NCBI GenBank assembly: GCA_965242865.1
Contig: CBDETK010000013.1
Span: 4,416,001-4,480,000, forward strand
DNA length: 64,000 nt
Reading direction: 5' to 3'
Source of the DNA: Candidatus Latescibacterota bacterium
Lineage (GTDB): Bacteria > Latescibacterota > UBA2968 > UBA8231
Every line of letters begins with the position of its first letter. The stretch's first letter is position 1. Both the position numbers and the translations under genes were made by a program. Below the pieces are notes generated by a model. The model ran no database searches, was not told where the DNA came from, and was given only the letters and a program-made list of their open reading frames with translations. Below are positions 47,344 to 55,460 of the stretch, one piece after another.

Positions 47344-48951
47344 TTAGCGCAAGAGCGTCATCCGCGCCACGTGCCGCACCCCACCGAGCTGCGCCGAGAC
47401 GAGATAGACTCCGCTGGCGACCGCTCGCCCGCGATCGTCGCGCCCATCCCACGCGAGCCGATGGACGCCAGCCGGCCGGTAGCCCCTAAAGAGCCGCCGC
47501 ACCGCCTGACCGAGGATGTTGTACACCTCGACCTCGACCTCGCCGGCCGCCGGCACTGCCACGGAGATCGCGGTTGAGGCATTGAAGGGGTTGGGAAAAT
47601 TGGACAGCCGCTCGACCACGGGGCGGGCGGCGAGCGCGGGCACCGGGAGCACGAGGCCGGCCTCGGCCGCTAATTCGAGCCCGGCTGGCGGCAATCCACT
47701 GGGCACGCGCGCCGGCACGTGAACCGCTATCGTCGAATCGGTCAGGGCATGCATGAAGGCCAACAGGTCTTGCTTTTCGGCCGCAGTCAGGCCCAGCGGC
47801 ACCAGCTCGGGGTCGATGTTCTCGCGGTCAATCGTCGGTTCGTCGCCGCCGCCGCGATCGTAGAACTCGATGACCTCCTCGAGCGTGGCAATCGCTCCGT
47901 CGTGCATGTAAGGCGCGGTCTGCGCGATCTGGCGCAAGCCCACCACGCGAAAAGCACCGATGTCGCTGAGGTTGCCGGTATTGAGGAACCGGCCTTCGTC
48001 TCTTCCGGTGGGACGCGGCGTGCCGGTATTGGTCGTGGCGGACGCCCGCCCCGGGCCGATTTGCTCGACCCCTTGGACGCGGAAGCTCGAATCCGTAAAC
48101 AGCGGCCCGCTGTGGCAGTTGACGCAGCGCGCCTTGTCGTGGAAGAGTGCCAACCCGCGCTTTTGCGCGGGCGTCAGGGCCTCGTCGTCGCCCGCCACGT
48201 AGTGATCGTAGGGGGTGTTGACCGTGATTTGCTCGCGCTCAAACGCGGCGATGGCCCGGCCAAAGGTCGAGCGCGTGATGACCGACTGCAAGGGCGTTGG
48301 GTCGTGGGTGCAACCGAGGCGCGGCACCTGCCGGGCCACAGAATCGGCTTCGGCCGGAAAGGCTTGCTCAAAGCGGGCCACGTATTCGGGGATCGACCGC
48401 AGCCGCGCCAACACGCTATCTACAGCCATCTCGCGCTCGTAGGCGTCGCCGCGCAGCTCGACGCGCACGATGATCGGCCGCAGCGCTTGGGCCTCCAACC
48501 CGCGATCTTTGCCGTCCCACAGCATGAAGCCCTTGGGCGAGGGCTGCCCGGACTCGTCGCCATTGTACCCGACGTTGAAGATGGTCATGGTGTGCCGCGC
48601 TTCCGAAATCACGGTGTCGCCGGTGACCGCCGAATACCCCAGCACCCGATCCGGCCCCAAGCCCTGCCCCGAAGGACCGGCCCCGAGCGGCCGCCCGTCG
48701 GCCATGCCAAAGGTCGGCAGGTGACACGTGCCACAGGCCGTGTCCTTCTCGCCGCTGAGGATGGGGTCGAAGAACAGGAGGCGACCCAACTCGACGCGGT
48801 CGGGATTGTACGGGTTGTTGGCGGGATAGGGCAGCGGCGGCACCGGCTGGAGGCCCAAGCGCGACCGCAGGTCGTCTTCCTGCCCCGGTGTGCTCACAGC
48901 ACTGGCGAGTACGGCCAGCGCGGCCGCTAGATACTTCTTATTCCTCTTCAT
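47344..48951 (-). CDS. Di-heme cytochrome c peroxidase/MauG family protein with T9SS-A/FlgD-like C-terminal domain
   Basis: LGRLLFFDPILS, CGTCH, CVNCH, APYMHDG, FMHALT; tail SNFPNPFN...YNILGQ...WDGRD...SGVY...MTLLR. Confidence 0.9.
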   Translation of the reverse strand: MKRNKKYLAAALAVLASAVSTPGQEDDLRSRLGLQPVPPLPYPANNPYNPDRVELGRLLFFDPILSGEKDTACGTCHLPTFGMADGRPLGAGPSGQGLGPDRVLGYSAVTGDTVISEARHTMTIFNVGYNGDESGQPSPKGFMLWDGKDRGLEAQALRPIIVRVELRGDAYEREMAVDSVLARLRSIPEYVARFEQAFPAEADSVARQVPRLGCTHDPTPLQSVITRSTFGRAIAAFEREQITVNTPYDHYVAGDDEALTPAQKRGLALFHDKARCVNCHSGPLFTDSSFRVQGVEQIGPGRASATTNTGTPRPTGRDEGRFLNTGNLSDIGAFRVVGLRQIAQTAPYMHDGAIATLEEVIEFYDRGGGDEPTIDRENIDPELVPLGLTAAEKQDLLAFMHALTDSTIAVHVPARVPSGLPPAGLELAAEAGLVLPVPALAARPVVERLSNFPNPFNASTAISVAVPAAGEVEVEVYNILGQAVRRLFRGYRPAGVHRLAWDGRDDRGRAVASGVYLVSAQLGGVRHVARMTLLR

Positions 48952-49855
48952 GGTTCCCCCTTCTGGGCCAGACCAGCGGGGTGCTCTTTATCGCGCCCCA
49001 CGTCTCGCGGCGTTGCCCCGTGCCTGCGCCTAGGTCGGCCCGGGCGGCGCAGCGAAACCCCACATCCGGGCCTTTGAAGTCCGGGGCGTCGCGTGCTCGG
49101 TACGTGGGCCGCACGTGGCTGGCGTCCACCGCGTACGAGCCGCCGCGCACGGCCTTGACGACGCCGTTGTCCGGCCCTTGGGGATTGGTGTCCGGGCCAA
49201 CGGTGTAGTAGCTCGGGTGATACCAGTCGTTGGTCCATTCAAAGACATTGCCCACCATGTCGTAGGCTCCAAAGGGGCTGCCGCCGTCGCGGGTTTGGTA
49301 GCCGTCGCGGTTGGAACCGTCGAAAAAGCCGACCGGGTTGGTGCTGAGGATGGTTCCGAAGCCGCGCTCAAACGGGTCGTCGCTTTGGAAGTAATTGGCG
49401 CGAAAGGCGTCGAGCCCGTCGCCCCAAGGATACTTGCGGCCGTCGTCGCAGCGGGCGGCGCGCTCCCACTCGGCTTCGGTGGGCAACCGCTTGCCAGCCC
49501 ACTCGCAGAAGGCCGCGGCGTCGTACCACGTCACCAACGTAATGGGGTGGTTTTGCCGTGCGGTCGTATTCTGCAAGGTCCACTCCGGCAGCAGCGCACC
49601 GGTGTCGCGCTGGTACTCCCCCCATTGCGCCACCGTGACCTCGTATTTGTCGATTAGGTACGCGTCGAGGTAAATCTCGCGCACGGGCTTCTCGTCAAAG
49701 GCTTCGCCTTCCATGCCCCGGGGGAAAGACCCGGCCGGCACTAAGACCATGGTGGTGGCCCAACCCGTGGGCAGGTGGACGATCCGCTCGACTTTTTCGT
49801 GCTGGGCGCCAACCGGCAGGGCGATCAGCACCCAGAGGGCAATTCGACCAATCAT
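48938..49855 (-). CDS. Secreted formylglycine-generating-enzyme (SUMF1/FGE-sulfatase) fold protein with TWGAIK tail
   Basis: KYEVT, RLPTEAEWERAAR, YPWG, DMVGNVFEW, RGGS, VGFRCA; signal peptide. Confidence 0.88.
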   Translation of the reverse strand: MIGRIALWVLIALPVGAQHEKVERIVHLPTGWATTMVLVPAGSFPRGMEGEAFDEKPVREIYLDAYLIDKYEVTVAQWGEYQRDTGALLPEWTLQNTTARQNHPITLVTWYDAAAFCEWAGKRLPTEAEWERAARCDDGRKYPWGDGLDAFRANYFQSDDPFERGFGTILSTNPVGFFDGSNRDGYQTRDGGSPFGAYDMVGNVFEWTNDWYHPSYYTVGPDTNPQGPDNGVVKAVRGGSYAVDASHVRPTYRARDAPDFKGPDVGFRCAARADLGAGTGQRRETWGAIKSTPLVWPRRGNHEEE

Positions 49856-50030
49856 AAGGTATATCCTTCAAAAAGGGCTTGGTTCGGGCTAAAAGTAACC
49901 AGAGAAGAAGTTCCGCTCCAGCCTGCGGGCCGCTCATTTGCCTTGTTCTGCGTCTTGGGTATTTTTAGCCTTTATAAGATAGGTATTAGGACGGTTCCCT
50001 TCTGCGATACGTGCGCGAAAGCAGGCTCCT

Positions 50031-52379
50031 ATGAATTTTCGCATGGCCCTCGTCGCCCTCTTGATCTTGGGCGGCAGCCATCGGCTACCGCTCGCGGCCG
50101 ATGAACTGCGCTACGACTCGGTGCGCGACTGGCGTCCGTGGAATCTGCCCTTGGGCGCGGTGGAATTGACGGCCCAAGGCGTGATCCAGCCCACCCGAAT
50201 TGAGAAGCGGACCGACGCCGTGCGCGACCTTGGGGCCTTTGAGGGGGGCATCCGCGCCGCCGGGTCCAATCGCGCCGCGGCCCGCTTCGCCATCGACGGC
50301 AACCCGGCGACCGGCTGGGCTCCCGACCCAGCGGCCTCCCCTGAAAACTGGTTTATCGAGATCGACTTGGGCCGCGCGGTCTCGGCGCACAGCGTTACCT
50401 TGGTCTTTGACGCAGAAGCACCGCCCTTCGCGCTGTTCGACCTCTTGCTTTCGACCGGCGAGCCAGAAACCGACTTTATCGCCGCGCCCATCGAAGGCTC
50501 CCTCGTCTATCGAGTCAAAGAGCGGGTCAAGGAAAACGACCTCCACCGCTTGACGTACCCAATCGCGCACATCGACCAAGAACCCATCCAGTTCATCCGC
50601 TTTGAGCCGCTGCTTTTCGTGCCCGGTGCCCGCCTCGTCGAGGTCGAGGTCGAGACCATCGGCGACAACATCGCCCTCGGCCTCCTAGAGCGCGGCGGCG
50701 GCGTTGACATCAACATCAATCTCGCCAGCAACGATTCCCAGCCCCTCGGCAAGGCAAGAGCGCTCTTTGACGGCGACCTGTACGAGCGCTGGCGTGCGGG
50801 CACGGCGTCTAGGGGCCTAGTTGACATCCTCGCCCACATGGTTCTCGACTTAGGCGCGGTTTACTGGGTCGATCAAACGCGCATTATCGGCGGGGTGGTG
50901 GTGCGCTCCGGCTTTGGCGGCGGCATTACCACTCGCCACTACGTCTCGCGCCGACGCTGGGGCTTCCGCTTCTACGAGCTGATGACCTCGGATGGCTCGC
51001 TGTCGCCCGATGGGACCCGCCTGTGGACCAAGCACTTTTCCGGGGCCTCCCCGGGGGAGCAGACCTCCAAGGGCCTAGTGGATCACCACTTCGACCTGTT
51101 GCCGACGCGCTTCGTGCGCATCTTCTGGAAGTACTGGGATACCAGTTGCTATTCCTTCCAGCGGCTCGGAGAGGAGGGCGGCATCAACCGAGTTCCCGGC
51201 TGTGGCGCGGGTGGAGAAACCGACGAGATTCAGATTTTCGGCGAAGGCTTTCCAGCCGAAGTCGGCTTCCGCTCGCCCCTGCTCGACTTGGGCGAGGACA
51301 AGAACTTCAACTCGATAGAATGGGGCGGCGACCAGCCGCCGGGCACCCTGATCGAAGTCCGCACCCGCACGGGCAACGAAATTTTGGAGACCTATACCTA
51401 CCACGACAAAAACGGCAAGGAAGTCTCCGAGCGGCGGTACCACAAGCTCATCCCCAGTTTCAAGGGCCAGATCGACACCTCGTTTGTGGCCGGCGGCGAT
51501 TGGAGTGCTTGGAGCCGGCTTTACAGCTTCTCCGGCGATGCCTTTCTCTCGCCTTCGCCGCGACGCTACATGGAGATCGACGTCAAGCTGGTCTCCAGCG
51601 AGCCCGACCGGGCCGCGACGCTCGACTTCCTCGCCATCCATTCCACCCCGCCGCTGGCCAGCCGGGTACTGGGCGAAATTTTCCCCCAGCAGGCCCAGCC
51701 GGGGGTGCCGACCGAGTTCACCTATTACTTGCAGCCCGAAAACGCCCGTGGCTTTGACCGTCTCTCGGTCGAGTCGGACACCCCGGTGCAATTTACGAGT
51801 GTCGCGCACAATGGCGCCGCGCTGGCCGTGCAGATAGACACCACGGCCAGCGGTTTCCTCGTCCAGCTACCCAGCCGCATCCGCACTGATTCGCTCATCA
51901 AGCTGAAGTTTGAATCCTCGGTGTTCCGGCAATCGACGCGCTTTGACGTCTTTTTGCAGGACAGCCGACAAGACGCGAGCGTGCGCCAGCGCGTCGATCC
52001 GGGCGATGCCACCGACTTGGTCGCGAGCAACACCAACATCGTCAGCTTGCCGGTCTCGCGGGAGCTACTCGCCAATATATCCCTCTCGGCCAAGGCGATT
52101 ACCCCCAACGGCGATGGGATCAACGACGAACTGACGCTGGCGATCTCCTTAGTCAATGTGCTCGCGCCGCGCCCCCTGCGGCTCCGCCTGTACGACCTCG
52201 CCGGCCGCCTCGTGTGCGACCGCAGCCAAGACACCGCGGCTGGCCCGCAAGAAATCGTCTGGGATGGCCGCGACCGCCACGGCGAGCGCGTGGCCCCGGG
52301 CCTGTACCTGCTCGAAGTCCTCGTTGAGGGCGACGCGGGCGACGCAAAAACGCAAGCACTCGTCGCCGTAGCGTACTAG
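50031..52379 (+). CDS. Secreted paralog 3 (long form, two discoidin-like domains)
   Basis: IDGNPATGW, IEIDLG, GDNIALGL.ERGG, LDLGA, EIQIFGEGF, RTRTG, WSAWS, SPSPRRY, ITPNGDGIND, ends AVAY. Confidence 0.8.
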   Translation: MNFRMALVALLILGGSHRLPLAADELRYDSVRDWRPWNLPLGAVELTAQGVIQPTRIEKRTDAVRDLGAFEGGIRAAGSNRAAARFAIDGNPATGWAPDPAASPENWFIEIDLGRAVSAHSVTLVFDAEAPPFALFDLLLSTGEPETDFIAAPIEGSLVYRVKERVKENDLHRLTYPIAHIDQEPIQFIRFEPLLFVPGARLVEVEVETIGDNIALGLLERGGGVDININLASNDSQPLGKARALFDGDLYERWRAGTASRGLVDILAHMVLDLGAVYWVDQTRIIGGVVVRSGFGGGITTRHYVSRRRWGFRFYELMTSDGSLSPDGTRLWTKHFSGASPGEQTSKGLVDHHFDLLPTRFVRIFWKYWDTSCYSFQRLGEEGGINRVPGCGAGGETDEIQIFGEGFPAEVGFRSPLLDLGEDKNFNSIEWGGDQPPGTLIEVRTRTGNEILETYTYHDKNGKEVSERRYHKLIPSFKGQIDTSFVAGGDWSAWSRLYSFSGDAFLSPSPRRYMEIDVKLVSSEPDRAATLDFLAIHSTPPLASRVLGEIFPQQAQPGVPTEFTYYLQPENARGFDRLSVESDTPVQFTSVAHNGAALAVQIDTTASGFLVQLPSRIRTDSLIKLKFESSVFRQSTRFDVFLQDSRQDASVRQRVDPGDATDLVASNTNIVSLPVSRELLANISLSAKAITPNGDGINDELTLAISLVNVLAPRPLRLRLYDLAGRLVCDRSQDTAAGPQEIVWDGRDRHGERVAPGLYLLEVLVEGDAGDAKTQALVAVAY

Positions 52380-52401
52380 CGGGTCCGCAGGCAAAAAATT
52401 C

Positions 52402-52555
52402 TTGACAGACAAGCGCATATTTATTTGTTTACCCAACTATTATGAAAAAAATGTTCCCCCAAATCGCCGAGGAAAGGAGGTTTGAAGTATCCGCTGCTAC
52501 ACCGTTGAAAAACCTCGTAATTCCACCCGCTGAAGCCCTAGCGGGCCTTTTTTTT
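52402..52555 (+). promoter_or_regulatory. Promoter region and structured 5' leader with terminator-like hairpin
   Basis: TTGACA at 52402; GAGGTTT/AAACCTC arms (52477, 52510); CCCGCT-N8-AGCGGG-CC-T8 at 52526-52555. Confidence 0.45.
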
Positions 52556-52599
52556 ACTTCTTTTCACCATATAGAATCACTATCAAGGAGGATTTTACA

Positions 52600-53511
52600 A
52601 TGCGCAAAGTCCTAGCGTTGAACCTAGGCGTATTGCTCGTCGCCGGTGCTGCCTTCGCGCAGGAGCCGGCTGATGTGCCGCTCTATTTCGCCGTGGGGAT
52701 CCCCAGCAACGCCCTGCCCACCATCGACGGCGACAATGCCGACTGGGCTTGGGTCGATCGCAGTTTTGAGATCACCATCGAAGACATGCACCCGCTGACC
52801 GGCGGTGCCGACGACGCCGACGATCTGTTCATCGACCTGATCATCGGCTGGAGCGATGCCAACAACCGCATTCACGCCATGATTCACGTCCACGACGACT
52901 TCCTAATCGTCGATAAGAACCCGGCCTGCACGTTCCGCGACGACAACTGCGAAGTGCATTTCGATCCCGACAATCAAGGCGGCGGCCCGTACTCGGCCCC
53001 CGACGACCAAGACTTGCAGCCGGCCTATCAGATGTGCCTGAGCTTCTCCGAGCAGTTCTCGCGCGTCCAAATGTACAACGGTGCGCTGGGCAATTTTGAG
53101 CAGGACGCCCTGAACTTCTGGTGGACCCACACCGATTTCGTGGATGCCGGTCACGTCAACACCGGCCAAGAGTACTACTACGAGTTCAGTGCCGAGCTGA
53201 TGGACCCGATCTCGATGAGCGGCGGCCCGGACGCCAGCACCGTGTGGACGCTCGCGGCCGAGCAGACCATCGGCATGTCGATCTCGGTTGACGACGCCGA
53301 CGAAGGTCTCAACGCCAACGGCAACGATCCGCTCACTGAGGACTGCTGCGAGAACGGTTTCTTCTGGCAGGCCCAGTACAGCATGGCCGAGCAGTTTATG
53401 AACCTCGGCGGTATGCCCGACGTCTTCCTAGCACCGATCGAAGAAGTCGATACGTCGGTCGAGGCAAGCTCTTGGGGCCAAGTCAAGTCGCTGGTAGGCG
53501 AAGAGCTCTAA
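52600..53511 (+). CDS. Secreted CBM9/DOMON-like protein with SVE..SWGQVK tail (paralog of 27147..28058)
   Basis: RBS AAGGAGG, signal peptide, LYFAV, PTIDGDNADW, IGWSD, DDNCEV, YYYEF, ends TSVEASSWGQVKSLVGEEL. Confidence 0.72.
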   Translation: MRKVLALNLGVLLVAGAAFAQEPADVPLYFAVGIPSNALPTIDGDNADWAWVDRSFEITIEDMHPLTGGADDADDLFIDLIIGWSDANNRIHAMIHVHDDFLIVDKNPACTFRDDNCEVHFDPDNQGGGPYSAPDDQDLQPAYQMCLSFSEQFSRVQMYNGALGNFEQDALNFWWTHTDFVDAGHVNTGQEYYYEFSAELMDPISMSGGPDASTVWTLAAEQTIGMSISVDDADEGLNANGNDPLTEDCCENGFFWQAQYSMAEQFMNLGGMPDVFLAPIEEVDTSVEASSWGQVKSLVGEEL

Positions 53512-53550
53512 ACCGACTTTCGCAGTCTTAGTCTTCGTCTTAGTACGTTC

Positions 53551-53590
53551 ACAAGGGGAGGGGGAAAGGATTCCCCTCCCCTTGTTTTGT
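53551..53590 (+). terminator. Intrinsic terminator
   Basis: ACAAGGGGAGGGG...CCCCTCCCCTTGT hairpin followed by TTTGT. Confidence 0.82.
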
Positions 53591-53617
53591 CTATGGGGGT
53601 GAGAGGCGACACGCGTT

Positions 53618-55414
53618 ATGAAATGGCGATTTAGGCTGTTGATCTGCATTCTGTTGACCACTAGGGCGGCCGGGGCGGTTGAAGTGTGGACCGCGGGCGG
53701 CTCTGGTTTTGCCTGGGACGACGTCGGCGAGCTAACGGGACTCACTACCGACGAATTCGTCCTGCTCCCGGCCGTGGTGGACTCAACGACCAATGCCGTC
53801 GAAAACCTCACCCTCAAACGGCGGGGCGGGGCCATTTCTTCGCCGCAGTCGCGCGAGGATTTAACCGGCCTGCTCACCGACGGCAATGCCGAGACCTTCT
53901 GGCGCGTCACCCGCGAGCGCCGCCCCGACGGCACCTCCATGCTCATCGACTTGGGCGCGATCCTGCCGATCAACCGCATTCGCTTTCAGGGCAACCCGGA
54001 CATCTTCCTCCGCGCCTATGAGCTTTTTGTTCACGACGGCAACCCCGCGCAACTGCACGAGGACCGCCCAATCGCCTTCATCAACCAAGTCAGCGCCAAT
54101 CTCGAACAGAGCGAATCGGACATCGACGCCCACATCCCCCTCCAGTTTGTGCGGTTCATCCGCCTCATTAGCCGCTCGGGGCAAGAGTTCATCATCGAGG
54201 AAGCCGAAGTCTTTGGCGACGGTTTCGCGCCCACCGGCAGCTATCTCTCCCAAGTCATCGACCTCGGGGAGACGGCCAACTTAGGCCAACTTCGCTTGCA
54301 GACGCGCTCCGACCCCTTGACCAACGTGGTATTGCAGACGCGCACGGGCACGGTGCCCGACCCCAAAATTTACTACCGCAAAACCGAGATCTTTGAGGGC
54401 GAGGATCGGCAGGAAGAGGCCATCTTGCCGATCGGCTCGCCCGAGGCCGCGGACGAGTACGACGATCTGACCTCGTCCAACAAGGGCGCGATTATCGACA
54501 ACATCGACGAGTGGAGCCCTTGGTCGGCCCCTTATGAGGATTTCTTCGGCGAAGTACTCTCCCCGGGCAACCGCCGCTACGTCCAGTTCCGCCTGTTGTT
54601 TTCGTCCGAGGACGCGCGCCAGTCGGCCCTCGTCGATTCGTTCTCCTTCGACTATTCAGTGCCGACGCTGGCCGAAGTGCTGACGGCCGAAGTCACGCCG
54701 GCCACCGTTACTCTCGGCGAGAGCAACACCTTCTCCTACTACATCCACTCGACCTTCGGCCCGGCCAACAACGGGTTCGACCGCGTGGAAATCCGCACCC
54801 CTTTCAAGGCGACGGTCCACAGCGTTGAGTTGGACGGGGAACCCGTGGGCTTTACCGAAGCGGACGCGCAGGACGTCAGCCGGCTGGCGATCCAACTGAC
54901 GGACGACCGCGTGACCGAATCCGGGCAGCTTTTGCACATCCGCTTTGAGGCCATGGTGACCGTCTATGGCACCACGTTTTTCGCCAAGGTTTTCGACAGC
55001 CAAACCAGCGAACTCGGTCAAGACGTGGTAGCTGGCGACGCCACCCCCGAAGCCGAGGCCGATCGCCTGTCGATCCAAGGCGCGTTGCGCCAAGAGCTGG
55101 TCCTCGAATTGCGGGCCGACCCGCCGGTCTTCAGCCCCAACGGCGATGGGATTAACGACCAGTTACAAGTATCCTATATCTTGCTGCGCGCCCTCTCGCA
55201 GGTGCCGGCCGACCTCAGCGTACACGACCTCGCCGGTCGCCCGGTGCGACGCTTGCAGGAAAGCGGCGCGCTCAACGGGCCGCAGCACGTGACTTGGGAT
55301 GGCCTAGACGAGAGCGGTTCCATTGCGCCGCCGGGGCTTTACATCCTGCGGCTTTCCATTGATACGGATACCGGCTCTGAGGAGCGGTCGCTGCTGGTGG
55401 GGCTGGCGTACTGA
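53618..55414 (+). CDS. Secreted paralog 4 (short form)
   Basis: Signal peptide, LTDGNAETFW, IDLG, EAEVFGDGF, QTRTG, WSPWS, SPGNRRY, GFDR, FSPNGDGIND, ends GLAY. Confidence 0.8.
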   Translation: MKWRFRLLICILLTTRAAGAVEVWTAGGSGFAWDDVGELTGLTTDEFVLLPAVVDSTTNAVENLTLKRRGGAISSPQSREDLTGLLTDGNAETFWRVTRERRPDGTSMLIDLGAILPINRIRFQGNPDIFLRAYELFVHDGNPAQLHEDRPIAFINQVSANLEQSESDIDAHIPLQFVRFIRLISRSGQEFIIEEAEVFGDGFAPTGSYLSQVIDLGETANLGQLRLQTRSDPLTNVVLQTRTGTVPDPKIYYRKTEIFEGEDRQEEAILPIGSPEAADEYDDLTSSNKGAIIDNIDEWSPWSAPYEDFFGEVLSPGNRRYVQFRLLFSSEDARQSALVDSFSFDYSVPTLAEVLTAEVTPATVTLGESNTFSYYIHSTFGPANNGFDRVEIRTPFKATVHSVELDGEPVGFTEADAQDVSRLAIQLTDDRVTESGQLLHIRFEAMVTVYGTTFFAKVFDSQTSELGQDVVAGDATPEAEADRLSIQGALRQELVLELRADPPVFSPNGDGINDQLQVSYILLRALSQVPADLSVHDLAGRPVRRLQESGALNGPQHVTWDGLDESGSIAPPGLYILRLSIDTDTGSEERSLLVGLAY

Positions 55415-55460
55415 GCGTGCGGCCGGCATGTCATTTAGAATGAGCTAAGGGAGCACGGCG

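Noticed and set aside
48938-49855. FGE/CLec-fold gene as a diversity-generating retroelement target
   Set aside because: No reverse transcriptase and no second copy (template repeat) of the 3' region seen in the window.
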